Positions 11,369 to 22,341 are shown, counted from the first letter of the stretch. The stretch: 64,000 nt of DNA from an uncultured archaeon (GCA_964534625.1 CAZHRF010000001.1:3562-67561); one strand, 5' to 3'. Made by a program: numbers and translations. The notes: generated from the letters alone by a model not told the origin.

Positions 11369-11406
11369 GTAGTTACAAAATAGTACTGTAGTTACAAAAT
11401 AGTACT
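11369..11406. repeat. perfect tandem direct repeat, 2 x 19 bp (GTAGTTACAAAATAGTACT)
   Basis: Two identical adjacent copies are read directly, at 11369..11387 and 11388..11406. They lie about 85 bp upstream of the GC-rich RNA block. Confidence 0.9.
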
Positions 11407-11489
11407 CTATTTGTATGATTTTTGTGATGAGTTTTTTAGGCAGTTTTAGGAACTTACCTAAAAATGTAGCACTTCACCCAACTGGCAAC

Positions 11490-11905
11490 GTGACGAAGAG
11501 GAACATGATGTACCTGTAGTCAAGGAGTATACGAGAAGAATCCGGGAACAAAAGGACATACTGGTCCTGTGGCGATAGAAGCACAGATGATACGGACAAG
11601 GCTAAATGGCACGACCTTAGCGCCCGTAAGCGGGTTCATTGCACTATTGACCCTGGGACTCATGGGTGGCCCAACTAGGTTTAGTCAGTCATCCTTAGGA
11701 AGACTACCACCTCCAGGGCGACAGACTGGTCATTCACGGAGAAGAACCAGAAACTGTCTGGTACTGCGACCAATGGCCGAGTACGGTGAAAGAACGGTAT
11801 AAAGAGAGGGGGAAATAAGAGTGAGAATGAAGGTCTTTAATCGTTGAATACTTGGCCATAATTACATAGTTAACAAACCGCCTGGCTATGTTCTTGGCAC
11901 CATTT
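11490..11905 (+). ncRNA. rnpB: candidate RNase P RNA
   Basis: This is a GC-rich structured block without a credible ORF. It contains a CR-I-like AGAAGAAUCCGGGAAC at 11534..11549 and a CR-V/P4-like ACAAACCGCCUGGCUAU at 11873..11889. A P2-like pairing joins AGGAACAU and AUGUUCUU, with a P3-like hairpin between P2 and CR-I. A CCCG-UAAG-CGGG hairpin sits at the P9-like position. Boundaries are approximate. Confidence 0.5.
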
Positions 11906-12343
11906 AAGTCAGCATGGCATAGGCTAAAATTTTCTTTAAGTGGATGGAATCCTTAAATGTTTTCTTAATTCGGATTAGTACTATTACTAAAGCTAATTAT
12001 GAATAAAAATCTGTTTTTTTACCATACGTCTTCTAGCGGGTGTAGAACAAACCAAGATTATAACATTTATACTAAAATAGAGCGTTTTGTAACAAACACA
12101 AATAAGGTGATGAATAAAAATGCCATAAGCATTAAGGTTCTATGAAAATGGAATTTGAGAGAAAAAAAAGATTGTGTGGAAAATATGCTGTGATTCAGTT
12201 TTAAAGCTTCCAATTAAGTAATGGAGTTTTCACATATTCAGAGCGTAACCTTCTTAAACACAACAATGCTTTATCTCGTGTTTGATATATCTAGGTATGT
12301 CTGATTTAAATTAACAAGTATATACCTAGTTTATTGATGTAAA

Positions 12344-14251
12344 TTGAAGGTGAATATATTGAATCTTGAACAATGGATCAACGAAAAAGATTTACAAAAA
12401 CTTGAATCTCTTAATAATGAAAAAATTATGAAAGTAATCCATGATTTTTTATCCCTCTGTAAACCAAAAGAAGCTAAAGTAATAGATGACTCAAAAGAAG
12501 ACATTGCTTCTGTTCGTCAATTAGCTATTAAAAATAGTGAAGAGCAGCAGTTGAAAATGGAAGGACATACGATACATTTTGATGGTTTTTATGACCAAGC
12601 TAGGGACAAAAAAAACACTTGTATTTTAATTGATCCTGAAGAAAAGGATAAGTATGGTCCTCATCTTAATACACTTCCTAGAACTGAAGGTTTAGATGAA
12701 ATTTTAAATATCATGGATGGTTGTATGAAGAACAAAATTGCTCTAATCAGATTTTTCTGTTTAGGACCAACTAACTCTTCATTCTCTCAATGTGCACTCC
12801 AAATTACTGATTCTGCTTATGTTGCTCATTCTGAAGACTTATTATATAGACGAGGATATGAAGAATTTAAAAGGCTTAAGGATCCTAATGATTTTTTTTA
12901 TTTTATTCATTCAGCTGGTGAGTTGACCGATGCAAATGTCACTAAGAATGTAGATAAAAGGCGTATTTATGTTGATTTACAAGAAAATCGTGTTCTTTCT
13001 GTAAATAATCAATATGCAGGTAATAGTCTTGGATTAAAGAAGCTTGCACTTCGATTGGCTATTAATAAAGCTATTTACAATGGATGGTTAACTGAACACA
13101 TGTTTATTTCTGGTATTCATTCTCCATTCAAAGAAAGAAAAAGTTATTTTTTGGGTGCATTTCCAAGTGCATGTGGAAAAACTTCTACTGCCATGGTACC
13201 TGGGAATACTATAGTTGGAGACGATATTGCATATCTTCGTTTAGATAATAAGAATATCCCAAAAGCTGTGAATATTGAAAGTGGTATATTTGGAATTATA
13301 AAAGATGTTAATCCTAAAGATGACCCTGTTATATATAATACTCTCACTACAGAAAATGAATTGATATTTTCAAATGTTTTGATTAATGATGGAACCCCCT
13401 ATTGGATTGGAATGGGAGATCAAGTAGATATTCCCCAAAAAGGAACGAATTGGTCTTCATCTTTATTAGGTGAGTGGTATAAAGGAAAAAAAGGTCCAGA
13501 TGGTAATGAATTACCCCCATCCCATCCAAATGCTAGATATACTATAAAAATTGAAGATCTTGAGAACTTTGATGAAACTTTACATGATCCCGAAGGCGTA
13601 ATTGTTTCAGGAATTATTTATGGTGGTAGAGATTCTGATACTTCAGTACCTGTTTTTGAGTCATTTGATTGGGAACATGGAGTTTACGTAGGTGCAACAA
13701 TTGAATCCGAAACTACTTCTGCGACATTAGGTAAAACTGGTGTAAGAAAGCATAATCCAATGGCAAACCTTGATTTCATTGTTGTTCCTCTTGGTGATTA
13801 TATCAAGTCTCATCTAGATTTTGGAAAGAAAATACCTGATGACAATAGACCATGTATATTTTCAACTAACTATTTCTTGAAAGATGAAGATGGTCAATAT
13901 TATGATGAAATTCTTGACAAGAAAGTTTGGTTATCTTGGGCAGAAGGGAGATATCATGGCGATTATGAAGCAATTGAAACACCTATAGGTTACCTTCCAA
14001 AATATGAGGACTTAGTAGATCTTTTTCAAAACATTTTTGATAAACCATATGATAAAAAAAGATACCAAAAGGAATTTTCTATAAGAGTTGATAAATTCCT
14101 CGAAAAATGTGATAGAATTGAAGAAAGTTTCAAACACGAGAACCTCCCCAATGAATTTTATACCCAGCATGACCTTCAGAAAAAAAGATTGTTAGATATA
14201 AAGAAAAAATATAACAAATCTATAATCTTTCCTTCCGATTTTATCAAATAG
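12344..14251 (+). CDS. pckG: phosphoenolpyruvate carboxykinase (GTP)
   Basis: 635 aa with the kinase-1a motif FPSACGKTS and an overall GTP-PEPCK pattern (NARYT, YGGRDSD). Confidence 0.85.
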   Translation: MKVNILNLEQWINEKDLQKLESLNNEKIMKVIHDFLSLCKPKEAKVIDDSKEDIASVRQLAIKNSEEQQLKMEGHTIHFDGFYDQARDKKNTCILIDPEEKDKYGPHLNTLPRTEGLDEILNIMDGCMKNKIALIRFFCLGPTNSSFSQCALQITDSAYVAHSEDLLYRRGYEEFKRLKDPNDFFYFIHSAGELTDANVTKNVDKRRIYVDLQENRVLSVNNQYAGNSLGLKKLALRLAINKAIYNGWLTEHMFISGIHSPFKERKSYFLGAFPSACGKTSTAMVPGNTIVGDDIAYLRLDNKNIPKAVNIESGIFGIIKDVNPKDDPVIYNTLTTENELIFSNVLINDGTPYWIGMGDQVDIPQKGTNWSSSLLGEWYKGKKGPDGNELPPSHPNARYTIKIEDLENFDETLHDPEGVIVSGIIYGGRDSDTSVPVFESFDWEHGVYVGATIESETTSATLGKTGVRKHNPMANLDFIVVPLGDYIKSHLDFGKKIPDDNRPCIFSTNYFLKDEDGQYYDEILDKKVWLSWAEGRYHGDYEAIETPIGYLPKYEDLVDLFQNIFDKPYDKKRYQKEFSIRVDKFLEKCDRIEESFKHENLPNEFYTQHDLQKKRLLDIKKKYNKSIIFPSDFIK

Positions 14252-14479
14252 CATCTTAATTTGTCAATGAATATAGTAGCCTTTAAAATTAGGCTCTATT
14301 ATTTATTTTTTATACAAAATTCAAAAACTCTAATCTCATAAATGGTGTCTCGAATATTTAACGTACCGATTAAAATGATCAAAACGTACACAGCAAAATT
14401 TTGAAACGTTTCATTTTTCTATTGAAATAATAAAGGTAAAAATATTTTTTAATGGTTGAATTTATTGTAGATTGATAAT

Positions 14480-15007
14480 ATGACTGTTTTATGGAAACAA
14501 CTAGAAACTGGTCCAAATCCACCTGAAGAGATTTATTGTATAATTGAAAATCCAAAAAATAATAAAAATAAATATGAAATGAGTAAAGATGGTATAATTT
14601 ATTTAGACCGGGTTTTACATTCCTCTGTTCATTTTCCTGGTGATTATGGATTAATCCCCCAAACGTATTATGAGGATGGTGATCCTCTTGATGTATTGGT
14701 CCTAATAACTGAACCAACATTTCCTGGTTGTGTGTTAATGGCGCGTCCTATTGGTGTTTTAAAGATGAAAGATGAGAAGGGATCTGATGATAAAATTTTA
14801 GCTGTAGCTTCTAATGATCCTTTATATATGAAGGTTCACTCTTTGAATGATATTTATCCTCATACAATAATTGAAATCGCTGAGTTTTTTAGAAGCTACA
14901 AAGGTCTTGAACCTTCAAAAAAAACTGAGGTTAAAGGTTGGGAATCTAAAGAAGCTGCTCTAAAAACGATAGTTGATTCAATGAAATTATATAATGAGCT
15001 ATTTTAA
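14480..15007 (+). CDS. ppa: inorganic pyrophosphatase
   Basis: 175 aa with the family I PPase signature YPGDYGLIPQT-like FPGDYGLIPQTYYEDGDPLDVLVL. Confidence 0.85.
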   Translation: MTVLWKQLETGPNPPEEIYCIIENPKNNKNKYEMSKDGIIYLDRVLHSSVHFPGDYGLIPQTYYEDGDPLDVLVLITEPTFPGCVLMARPIGVLKMKDEKGSDDKILAVASNDPLYMKVHSLNDIYPHTIIEIAEFFRSYKGLEPSKKTEVKGWESKEAALKTIVDSMKLYNELF

Positions 15008-15914
15008 GGATAGCGCCTTATGCTTTCAATTTTTAAAATCTATAATTATTAAATCGAAACACACGATGAATAGTTCTGATATACTCACTATATGCTTAAT
15101 CCATCTTATTCTTAACCAAATGTCTTTTTTTAATAATGATCCCTTCATTGTTTGATTTATTGAGACTCAATCAGAACTAATAATGACTTAATATCCAGTT
15201 ACAAGACGTGTACTTGGTATAGGAGCCACTATACAATATATCAAGCAAGGTATAGTGTATCAACTATTCATTGAAACATAGTAAAAATGCATCTAGGCCT
15301 CACTCAACCTAACAAACGTAAATTTTTCAAAAGTTTAAAAAAAAGTATAAAAAAACATTAAGGTTTTTATAGTTTTCCTATACCATACTTTAATCTATAG
15401 GAACTAATGTAAAAGGACTTTGTCCGTCATGTCCATCATTTCTATGAGGACCATCGAATTTAGCTTTCATTTTGATTTCACCCAATTTTTATTGGTAATT
15501 GAATAATAGAAGAAACATTCAAGATACCAACAGAAAAAAAGTGACAGTACATATGTAGAAATTATAGCTAGTTGGATTAAATCATAGTTGAAACAATCAA
15601 AGGAATCATAGAACAATATCTTTTTATCTTAGGCGAGATAAGTAAATATACGAACATCAAGTTCGTAAATTCTGATATCTTACTTTAACCAGTAAGAAAA
15701 TATTAATTTAAAATATTCATATCAATATGTATTTGTTGTTGATAATTGGTGTTTATGATCAAAACTCAAAGTATAGTGGTAGTAATTTATATACTTACTT
15801 GAAAAAGTTAATGAACACTAATTTTATATATGTAACAAAAACAACAAAGAATGCATATAAGATTAGTATCAAATCACCTCCTAGGATGAAAATCCACTAG
15901 TAATTACAATATCA

Positions 15915-15965
15915 AACTAGTTAGCTAACAAGAACTCTCCAAATAGGCGAAAACTGAATTATTAC
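15915..15965 (+). repeat. 5' half of the pre-23S processing stem
   Basis: AACTAGTTAGCTAACAAGAACTCTCCAA...AACTGAATTATTAC pairs with 19363..19412 as two helices separated by an internal loop. Confidence 0.85.
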
Positions 15966-15978
15966 TATTTTAAAGTAA

Positions 15979-18900
15979 CCTCAACTATGCATACGCCATG
16001 CAGTGGATGACTAGGCTAGGGTGCCGATGAAGGACGTGGTAAGCGGCGAAACGCTACGGGGAGGCGCATACAGCCATCGATCCGTAGGTCTCCGAATCGG
16101 ATTTCCGGTTACAGTTGATAAGACTGTAACAACCAGTAATGGTGGGGAACGGCGGGAACCAAAACATTCAAGTACCGCCAGGAAAAGAAAACAATCGTGA
16201 TTCCGGTAGTAACGGCGAGTAAACCCGGAACAGGTCAAACCGAATGCCTATATTAATAATATGGGTGGATGTGGTGTTTTTGACTATCAAAGGATCGTCA
16301 GAGCTAAGTCGAAATAGCTTATGAAAGCTATGCCAAAGAAGGTAATAGCCCTGTAGACGTAAACTCTCGACCTGATAGATTTCAAGATTAATGTGGCTTG
16401 GATTTGTCGCATGAATTTGGGAAAACTTAGTCCCAAACCTAAATACATCCCTAGACCGATAGCGAACTAGTAACGTGAGTGAAAGTTGAAAAGTATTCGA
16501 AATACGAGAGTGAAAAGTCCCTGAAACTGTATGGTAACAGACGTGAATGGCTTAAAAGAGTAGATTCTGAGTGAAGGAAATCATTGTGAAGTGTGAGTAC
16601 GAATTCAGAGGATCGAGGTCATTCGTTCCGTCTCGAAACACGGGCCGAGGAGTTTAAATCTGTGGCAAGACAAAACATTAGTGGTGTCGTAGCGAAAGCA
16701 ACCAGCACGCAGCCGTAAGGTCAGGTGCGACGTCCGACAAGGGCGTGAAGTCACAGGTTTAAGACCCGAAAGCAGTTGATCTATCCCTGGTCAAGATGAA
16801 GCGCTTCGAAAGGGGCGTGGAGGTCTGAAGAGGTATTGATATGCAATTCATTCTTCTGAATTGGGGATAGTGGCAAAAGACCAATCTAAACTGCTGATAG
16901 CTGGTTCCTCCCGAAGTATAACCACAGTATAGCGTCATTGGAGGTCGTATGTGCGGTAGAGCGACGGGTGGGGGTTTCCGTGGAGTGAAATCTGCGCGCC
17001 CCTTTCCAACTCCGAACTTGCATACACCATAGAAGATGATAGACGGGCGCATATCCGCAAGGGATATGGCCGAAAGGGGATCAACCCTACGATGGGTTAA
17101 GGGCCCTAAATCCCGGTTAAATGTTAAACAGAATGGCGTCCAACAGCGAAGACAATGAGGCGGTAAGCTTAGAAGCAGCTAACCGTTAAAAAAAGCGTAA
17201 CAGCTTACTCATCGAGTTGTTGGGCCCAGAAAATGGACGGGGCTAAACCGGGTCCCGATACCTGTCCGGACTTCAAAAGAGTCTCGGGTAGGGAGGCGAT
17301 CGGATTGGACAGAAGCTGGGAAGTGATTTCCAGTGGACCGTTCTGATTTGCAGATCTCGGCGGTAGTAGGAGCATAGTGAGGTGGGAATCCTCATCGCCA
17401 AAAGCCCAAGGGTTCCTTGGCACTGTTCGTCAGCCAAGGGTTAGTCGGTCCTAAGGTGGAACTTAATACGACAAACCGAAAGGGAAACAGGTTCATATTC
17501 CTGTACCATACGTATAGTCGCGGCAACGCAAGTTCCGAGCTGACACTAGTGGGTAGGTGGTCTAAAAATCAAATTTTAGTTAAATCAAGAAATCTGGGAA
17601 GAACCGTTATGGTGAGAACCAGACGAATTGATGAATAGGCGAGCCATTGGTTGCTTGCTACCATTGATCCCAATAGTCCGTGAAAAAGCGAAGAAAAATA
17701 CGATTACGTATGACCGTACCCAGAACCGACACAGGTGTGGCTAGCTGAGAAGGCTAAGGCGTGTTAGGATAGTTTAGGTGAAGGAAATCGGCAAATTGGC
17801 CCCGTACCTTGGGTATAAGGGGTGCCTGGAAAGGTGAATGCCTTACCAGGTCGCAGTGACAAGGGGCACCCGACTGTTTAATAAAAACATAGCAAACTGC
17901 AAGGGTGAAAACCTGTGTACAGTTTGTGAATCCTGGCCAGTGCAGGTGATTGAAACCGGGGTACAACTCGGCTAAGACCCTGTAAACGCCGGAGCTAACT
18001 ATGAGCTTCTTAAGGTAGGCAAATGCCTAGTCTGCTAATTACAGACGTCCATGAAGGGACCAACGAGGTGCCCGCTGTCTCCACCTAAAACCTACTGAAC
18101 CCACAGTCCAGCGAACAGTCTGGAACGCACCATCGGGAAGAGAAGACCCTGTGGAGCTTTACTGCTGTCAGGGGCTGTTATACTGGTGTGCATGCATAGA
18201 ATAGTCAGGAGATGTTGATGGTGTGTTCTCCGGGACACACTGAAGTTGATCTTGAAATACTGACCATGTGCATTGGTATGACTTACCTCTTGCGAGGGGG
18301 ACACCCCCTGCCTGGCAGTTTCACTGGGGCGGTAGCCTTTTGAAAAGATATCAAAAGGGCCCAAAGCCGAGCTCAACCGGGACAGAAATCCGGTGTAGAG
18401 TGCAAGGGCAAAAGCTCGGTTGACTGTGAATCCAATTAAACGGTTCGCAGATGTTAACGCAGGGCCTAGCGATCTTTCGCATTTGCCATATGTAGGCGGC
18501 GGAAGTGACAGAAAAGTTACCCCAGGGGTAACTGCACTTCTAAACGGAAGTGGCTTAAAAACTGGGTAACAATTACATTTATTATCTTTCAAAAAGGTTT
18601 ATCAAAAAGGCAAAAATTTTTGGGTCTTCCTAAACGATTTATATAGTGAGGAAATAGTCAAGTAACTTCAGTTACAGGCCTATTGATTTGAGCAGATAGA
18701 TTAACCTGATATTAAGAAACCATCAGAACACAGTAAAACTATAAGAGCCATTATTCCGTGAGTGAACGATAGATAGGTTAAGAGATTGGTAACTTGCCTT
18801 TACAGGCCGACAACTGGTCTCTAATAACCGATGTGCAAAAATATTTTGTGCAAGTGCAGCCCTGAACAGAGTTGTCGTGGGTAAGAGTTCACATCGACCT

Positions 18901-19351
18901 CACGGCTTGCTACCTCGATGTCGGCTCTTCCTAGCTTGGTGGTGATTAAGCCACCAAGAGTGGGGTTGTTCGCCCATTAAAAGGGAACGTGAGCTGGGTT
19001 TAGACCGTTGTGAGACAGGTTGGATTCTATCTGATGGTGCTGGCGGGCGATTGAGAGCAAAATCTCCACAGTACGAGAGGAACAGGCGGTTGGGGCCGCT
19101 GGTGTACCGGTTGTTCTAAAGAGCATTGCCGGGTAGCTAAGCCCTTGACGATAAGAGCGGAAAGCATCTATGCTCGAAGCGTTTCTCAAAACGAGTCGCC
19201 CATTCTGCTCTATTCTGGGGACTGGTGACAGTAACCTTAAGAGTAGACGAGAGCGCGGAAAAAAGATCCGTTTGATAGAGCGGGGGTGTAAGCGTCGAGC
19301 TTTGGCGAGATGTTTAGCCTACCGCTACTAACTGCTCAAGCATAGTTAGGC
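15979..19351 (+). rRNA. rrl: 23S rRNA (interrupted by a 335-nt intron)
   Basis: The block is GC-rich. Terminal helix 1 pairs CCTCAACTATGC with GCATAGTTAGG. The sarcin-ricin loop AGTACGAGAGGAAC is at 19070..19083, and a conserved CTCGATGTCGGCTC is present. Ends are approximate to about 10 nt. Confidence 0.95.
18531..18865 (+). other. intervening sequence (intron) in 23S rRNA at the GGGGUA|ACAG peptidyl-transferase-region site
   Basis: An AT-rich 335-nt insert splits the universally conserved CCCC(A/G)GGGGUAACAG...AAGAGUUCA sequence. The junctions fold into an 8-bp inner helix (18532-18539/18852-18859), a 3-nt bulge UAA, a 4-bp helix (18525-18528/18860-18863) and a 3-nt bulge GAA. There is no ORF inside. 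Confidence 0.65.
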
Positions 19352-19362
19352 CAAATGAAGTG

Positions 19363-19412
19363 GTAATATTCAGTTGCTAAATACTTGGAGAGTTCTTGTT
19401 AATTAACTAGTT
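19363..19412 (+). repeat. 3' half of the pre-23S processing stem
   Basis: This is the reverse complement partner of 15915..15965. Confidence 0.85.
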
Positions 19413-19524
19413 ATTTTTTATTTATTGCTTTTAAATTTCAAAGTGAGACATACAGATTTATTTTTGTAAAATTTTTATAAAAATGCGTGATGTGGAGTTT
19501 TTATATAATAAATAGATACTAATT

Positions 19525-22341
19525 TTGATTAACTCAAAGAGAAGATATAAATTGATATCAAAAAAATATAAAAACAATTCATCCGGAAATCATTCAATCA
19601 TTGCATTACTCTGGAAATTATTTTGTGGTTTTTTGAGGTTCCTTTTACCATACATTAATTCGTTTTTAGTGGGTTTTTTTATTCTATTAGTATTATTTCC
19701 TTCTACAATTGACTATTTTCCTAAAAGTAACTTTAGAAATGTTTTTCTCATTTTTAAAAGTATATTATCATTGAACTTAACCATGTATATATTTTCCTAT
19801 GAGTGGATCCATTATTTTTGTATAACTATAGTTGTAATTTTATTTTTATTTTGTACTAAATTTTTACCATACAGGGTATGTATCAAAGATAATGTGTATT
19901 ACCAGAAGAAAACTTTTTTCCCCTTATATCGCTCTTTTAGTATTATTGCCGTGAAATCTCCTTTAGACTCTTACTTTCTTAAAAATGATCGTTATGCAAA
20001 AACAATTCATCATGACTTTATTGAGCATCTCTCAAAAAATCTATCAAAGTATAACTTATTGATTACTAAGATTCAATCTAACGATGGGTCTATATTTGGT
20101 TCTGATGTTCCTTTTTTTTTGGTTATACCAACGACAAGTTTTTTTAGACATAATCTCATTAAAAAAACAGAAGCCAATCTACTATTTGTAAAACACTCAT
20201 TGAAAGTTTTCTACGATGCCACTTCGACCGTTTTAACACCGGATGAAATTGACTGGTTCTTCAATTTTTTAAACAGTTATAAACACCGAACTGTATTTTC
20301 TCCATCATATAAAGAAACAAAGATCCCAAATTTGACTGAACATATTTATTCATTATTTATAAATGAAACTATAGGCGATGCACAGTTTCTTTTCCATATT
20401 TCAAAAATAAATGAACATGACTATTATTTATGTGCTTCATGTCTAACTAGTAACAAAGAAACTAGTACTAAAATATATGAAACCATTGGTTTTAAACACA
20501 AAAAAAATTATCATATCCCCTTCAATAGAATTCAAAACATTCAAGCATTTTTTTCAACAGCGATCTCTAAAAAAACAAGATTTAAAATAAGTCTAAATAA
20601 TTTAAGTAATTATATTCATATACCCAATGGATATCTTGGTACTATAATAAAAAGAAAAGAGTTTTTAAGTACAAGTTTGACTTCAGAAAAGGATAAAATA
20701 GTTCTAGGGAATACTACTGATAATTTATCTTTTCCTATTTGTTTAAAAAAAGAAGATTTACTTTTCAACATAGAAATTTATGGCATGGTTGGGCGCGGAA
20801 AGACTCAATTAGTTAGTCTGATTTTAAAACAACTAATTAGTATAGATGTAAATATGTTAATTTTTGATATCAAAGGAGAATATGCCAGAGAATATGTTCA
20901 AAATCCAAATGTAGAAATTTATACTATAGGGCGTCCAAATCCCTTGTGTGTTAATGTTTTTGAGACTCAAGATGAAGACGATGTTCGTAGCACATTACTG
21001 ATCTTAGAAGAAATGCTGAAAACATCTAATCAAGATTTTTCTCCTGCTATGAAAAATCTATTCGAAACTGCACTATTTTTAACACATAAAACTAAAAGAA
21101 GACATCTTAAAACGTTTATAGAAAATCTAATAGACGTCACATCAAATCTCCGTATTCAAGGCAACAGTAATTATGTCCAACAGACATTAGATGCTGTTTT
21201 AAATCGGTTAAATTTTATTTTCAATCCTATAAATTTTGATATATTTGGTGTTTCAAGAACCACTCTCGATTTTACTAAATTTGAAAATGGAAAAACTATA
21301 ATATTGGATTTTTCAGAGTTCCAAAGGAGGGCAGCAAGACCTTCTGATATATATCTCATTTGTAATATAATATTAAAAATGTTCTATAGATATGCAACGA
21401 GTAGAGGTGTGACAAATAAACTTAGATATCTAGTTGTACTTGAAGAGGCGGTAAATATTATTCCTAGAATATATACGAATGAAAGTTCGGCTTCTTTAAT
21501 AAGCTCAGAAAACAACTTTTTGTTGGGAAGAAACCTTGGAATTGGCCATATAACTATTTCACAAATGTGGGATAGCGTTAGTAAGATTGTTCATGGTAAT
21601 TCTTCTACAAAAATTATTTTTAGAAGTAGTGAAAAAACCGATAAAATAGCTCGTGCATTGAATATTGGAGAAGATGAAATAAATAATTTACATAAATTAC
21701 CAATTCAGCATTGTTATGTATTCAAAGACGGTTTTGAAAAAGCTTTGGAACTTAAAACAAATAATATTTCAACGAACTCTTACAATTACTCTAATTATCT
21801 CTCTCTACTAAGAAGAAAATATCCATCACGTCAATATCCCTTGTTGTATGAAAATTTTATTGAAATGCGAACATCACTTTATAAACAAGTAAATAAAATT
21901 CAGACTTTTGAAAAGGACAAATCTTCTCAATCGGACCATTATCCTATAGAGCGAAATAAGAATGAAAATCTATCATCTGTTAATAGATCAATATATCATA
22001 ATCAAAGTACTATTACTATAGATCAATTATATCAAGATGATATTTGTAACCAATTATGCCAATTAAGTAATCATTCTGTTCACTGTTATAAGGGCAAATA
22101 CATTGCTATGATGTTTGTTGGAGAACTTCAAAAAAGATATAAGGATAAAGAATTACTAAATATAGTATTTAATTGCGACCTCTTTAATTCTGTTACTAGC
22201 CATGTAGAAAAAAATATTGGTATAAATATAGATCAACCAATAAAATTTTGTATCATTCAAAACCTAATATTCGACTTACTAAAAAAAACGAATCTGTCTG
22301 AAAATAATGCAGTACAAATACTGAGAAAATATGTAGAATAA
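19525..22341 (+). CDS. membrane-anchored HerA/FtsK-superfamily (DUF87-like) P-loop ATPase
   Basis: 938 aa with N-terminal hydrophobic helices. It has Walker A YGMVGRGKTQLV and Walker B LVVLEEA, then GIGHITISQMW...KIIFRS as in HerA/VirB4-like ATPases. The C-terminal tail contains Cys residues. Confidence 0.55.
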   Translation: MINSKRRYKLISKKYKNNSSGNHSIIALLWKLFCGFLRFLLPYINSFLVGFFILLVLFPSTIDYFPKSNFRNVFLIFKSILSLNLTMYIFSYEWIHYFCITIVVILFLFCTKFLPYRVCIKDNVYYQKKTFFPLYRSFSIIAVKSPLDSYFLKNDRYAKTIHHDFIEHLSKNLSKYNLLITKIQSNDGSIFGSDVPFFLVIPTTSFFRHNLIKKTEANLLFVKHSLKVFYDATSTVLTPDEIDWFFNFLNSYKHRTVFSPSYKETKIPNLTEHIYSLFINETIGDAQFLFHISKINEHDYYLCASCLTSNKETSTKIYETIGFKHKKNYHIPFNRIQNIQAFFSTAISKKTRFKISLNNLSNYIHIPNGYLGTIIKRKEFLSTSLTSEKDKIVLGNTTDNLSFPICLKKEDLLFNIEIYGMVGRGKTQLVSLILKQLISIDVNMLIFDIKGEYAREYVQNPNVEIYTIGRPNPLCVNVFETQDEDDVRSTLLILEEMLKTSNQDFSPAMKNLFETALFLTHKTKRRHLKTFIENLIDVTSNLRIQGNSNYVQQTLDAVLNRLNFIFNPINFDIFGVSRTTLDFTKFENGKTIILDFSEFQRRAARPSDIYLICNIILKMFYRYATSRGVTNKLRYLVVLEEAVNIIPRIYTNESSASLISSENNFLLGRNLGIGHITISQMWDSVSKIVHGNSSTKIIFRSSEKTDKIARALNIGEDEINNLHKLPIQHCYVFKDGFEKALELKTNNISTNSYNYSNYLSLLRRKYPSRQYPLLYENFIEMRTSLYKQVNKIQTFEKDKSSQSDHYPIERNKNENLSSVNRSIYHNQSTITIDQLYQDDICNQLCQLSNHSVHCYKGKYIAMMFVGELQKRYKDKELLNIVFNCDLFNSVTSHVEKNIGINIDQPIKFCIIQNLIFDLLKKTNLSENNAVQILRKYVE

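Noticed and set aside
11569-11802. 77-aa ORF in the GC-rich block.
   Set aside because: It sits inside the structured RNA candidate (RNase P-like). The translation is Arg/Gly/Pro/Leu-rich with no motif.
18530-18864. Group I intron interpretation of the 23S insert. With a register shifted by one nucleotide, the exon would end in U and the intron in G, at the classic L2449-type site.
   Set aside because: I could not find an internal guide sequence pairing with the 5' exon. I also could not find a P7/J8-7 core, and 5'-3' terminal pairing plus two 3-nt bulges fits the archaeal BHB model better. It is not excluded and needs a covariance-model scan.
16011-19189. ORFs 16011..16238, 16759..17052, 17205..17423, 17417..17638, 17754..17966, 18092..18592 and 18977..19189.
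   Set aside because: All lie inside the 23S rRNA gene. None encodes a LAGLIDADG-like or other recognisable protein. The one overlapping the intron (18092..18592, minus strand) is mostly exon sequence.
15979-19351. Supersized Asgard-type rRNA expansion segments (ES9/ES39).
   Set aside because: After subtracting the 335-nt intron the 23S is about 3.04 kb, within the normal archaeal range. I saw no obvious large insert near helix 25 or helix 98. Small expansions cannot be judged by eye.
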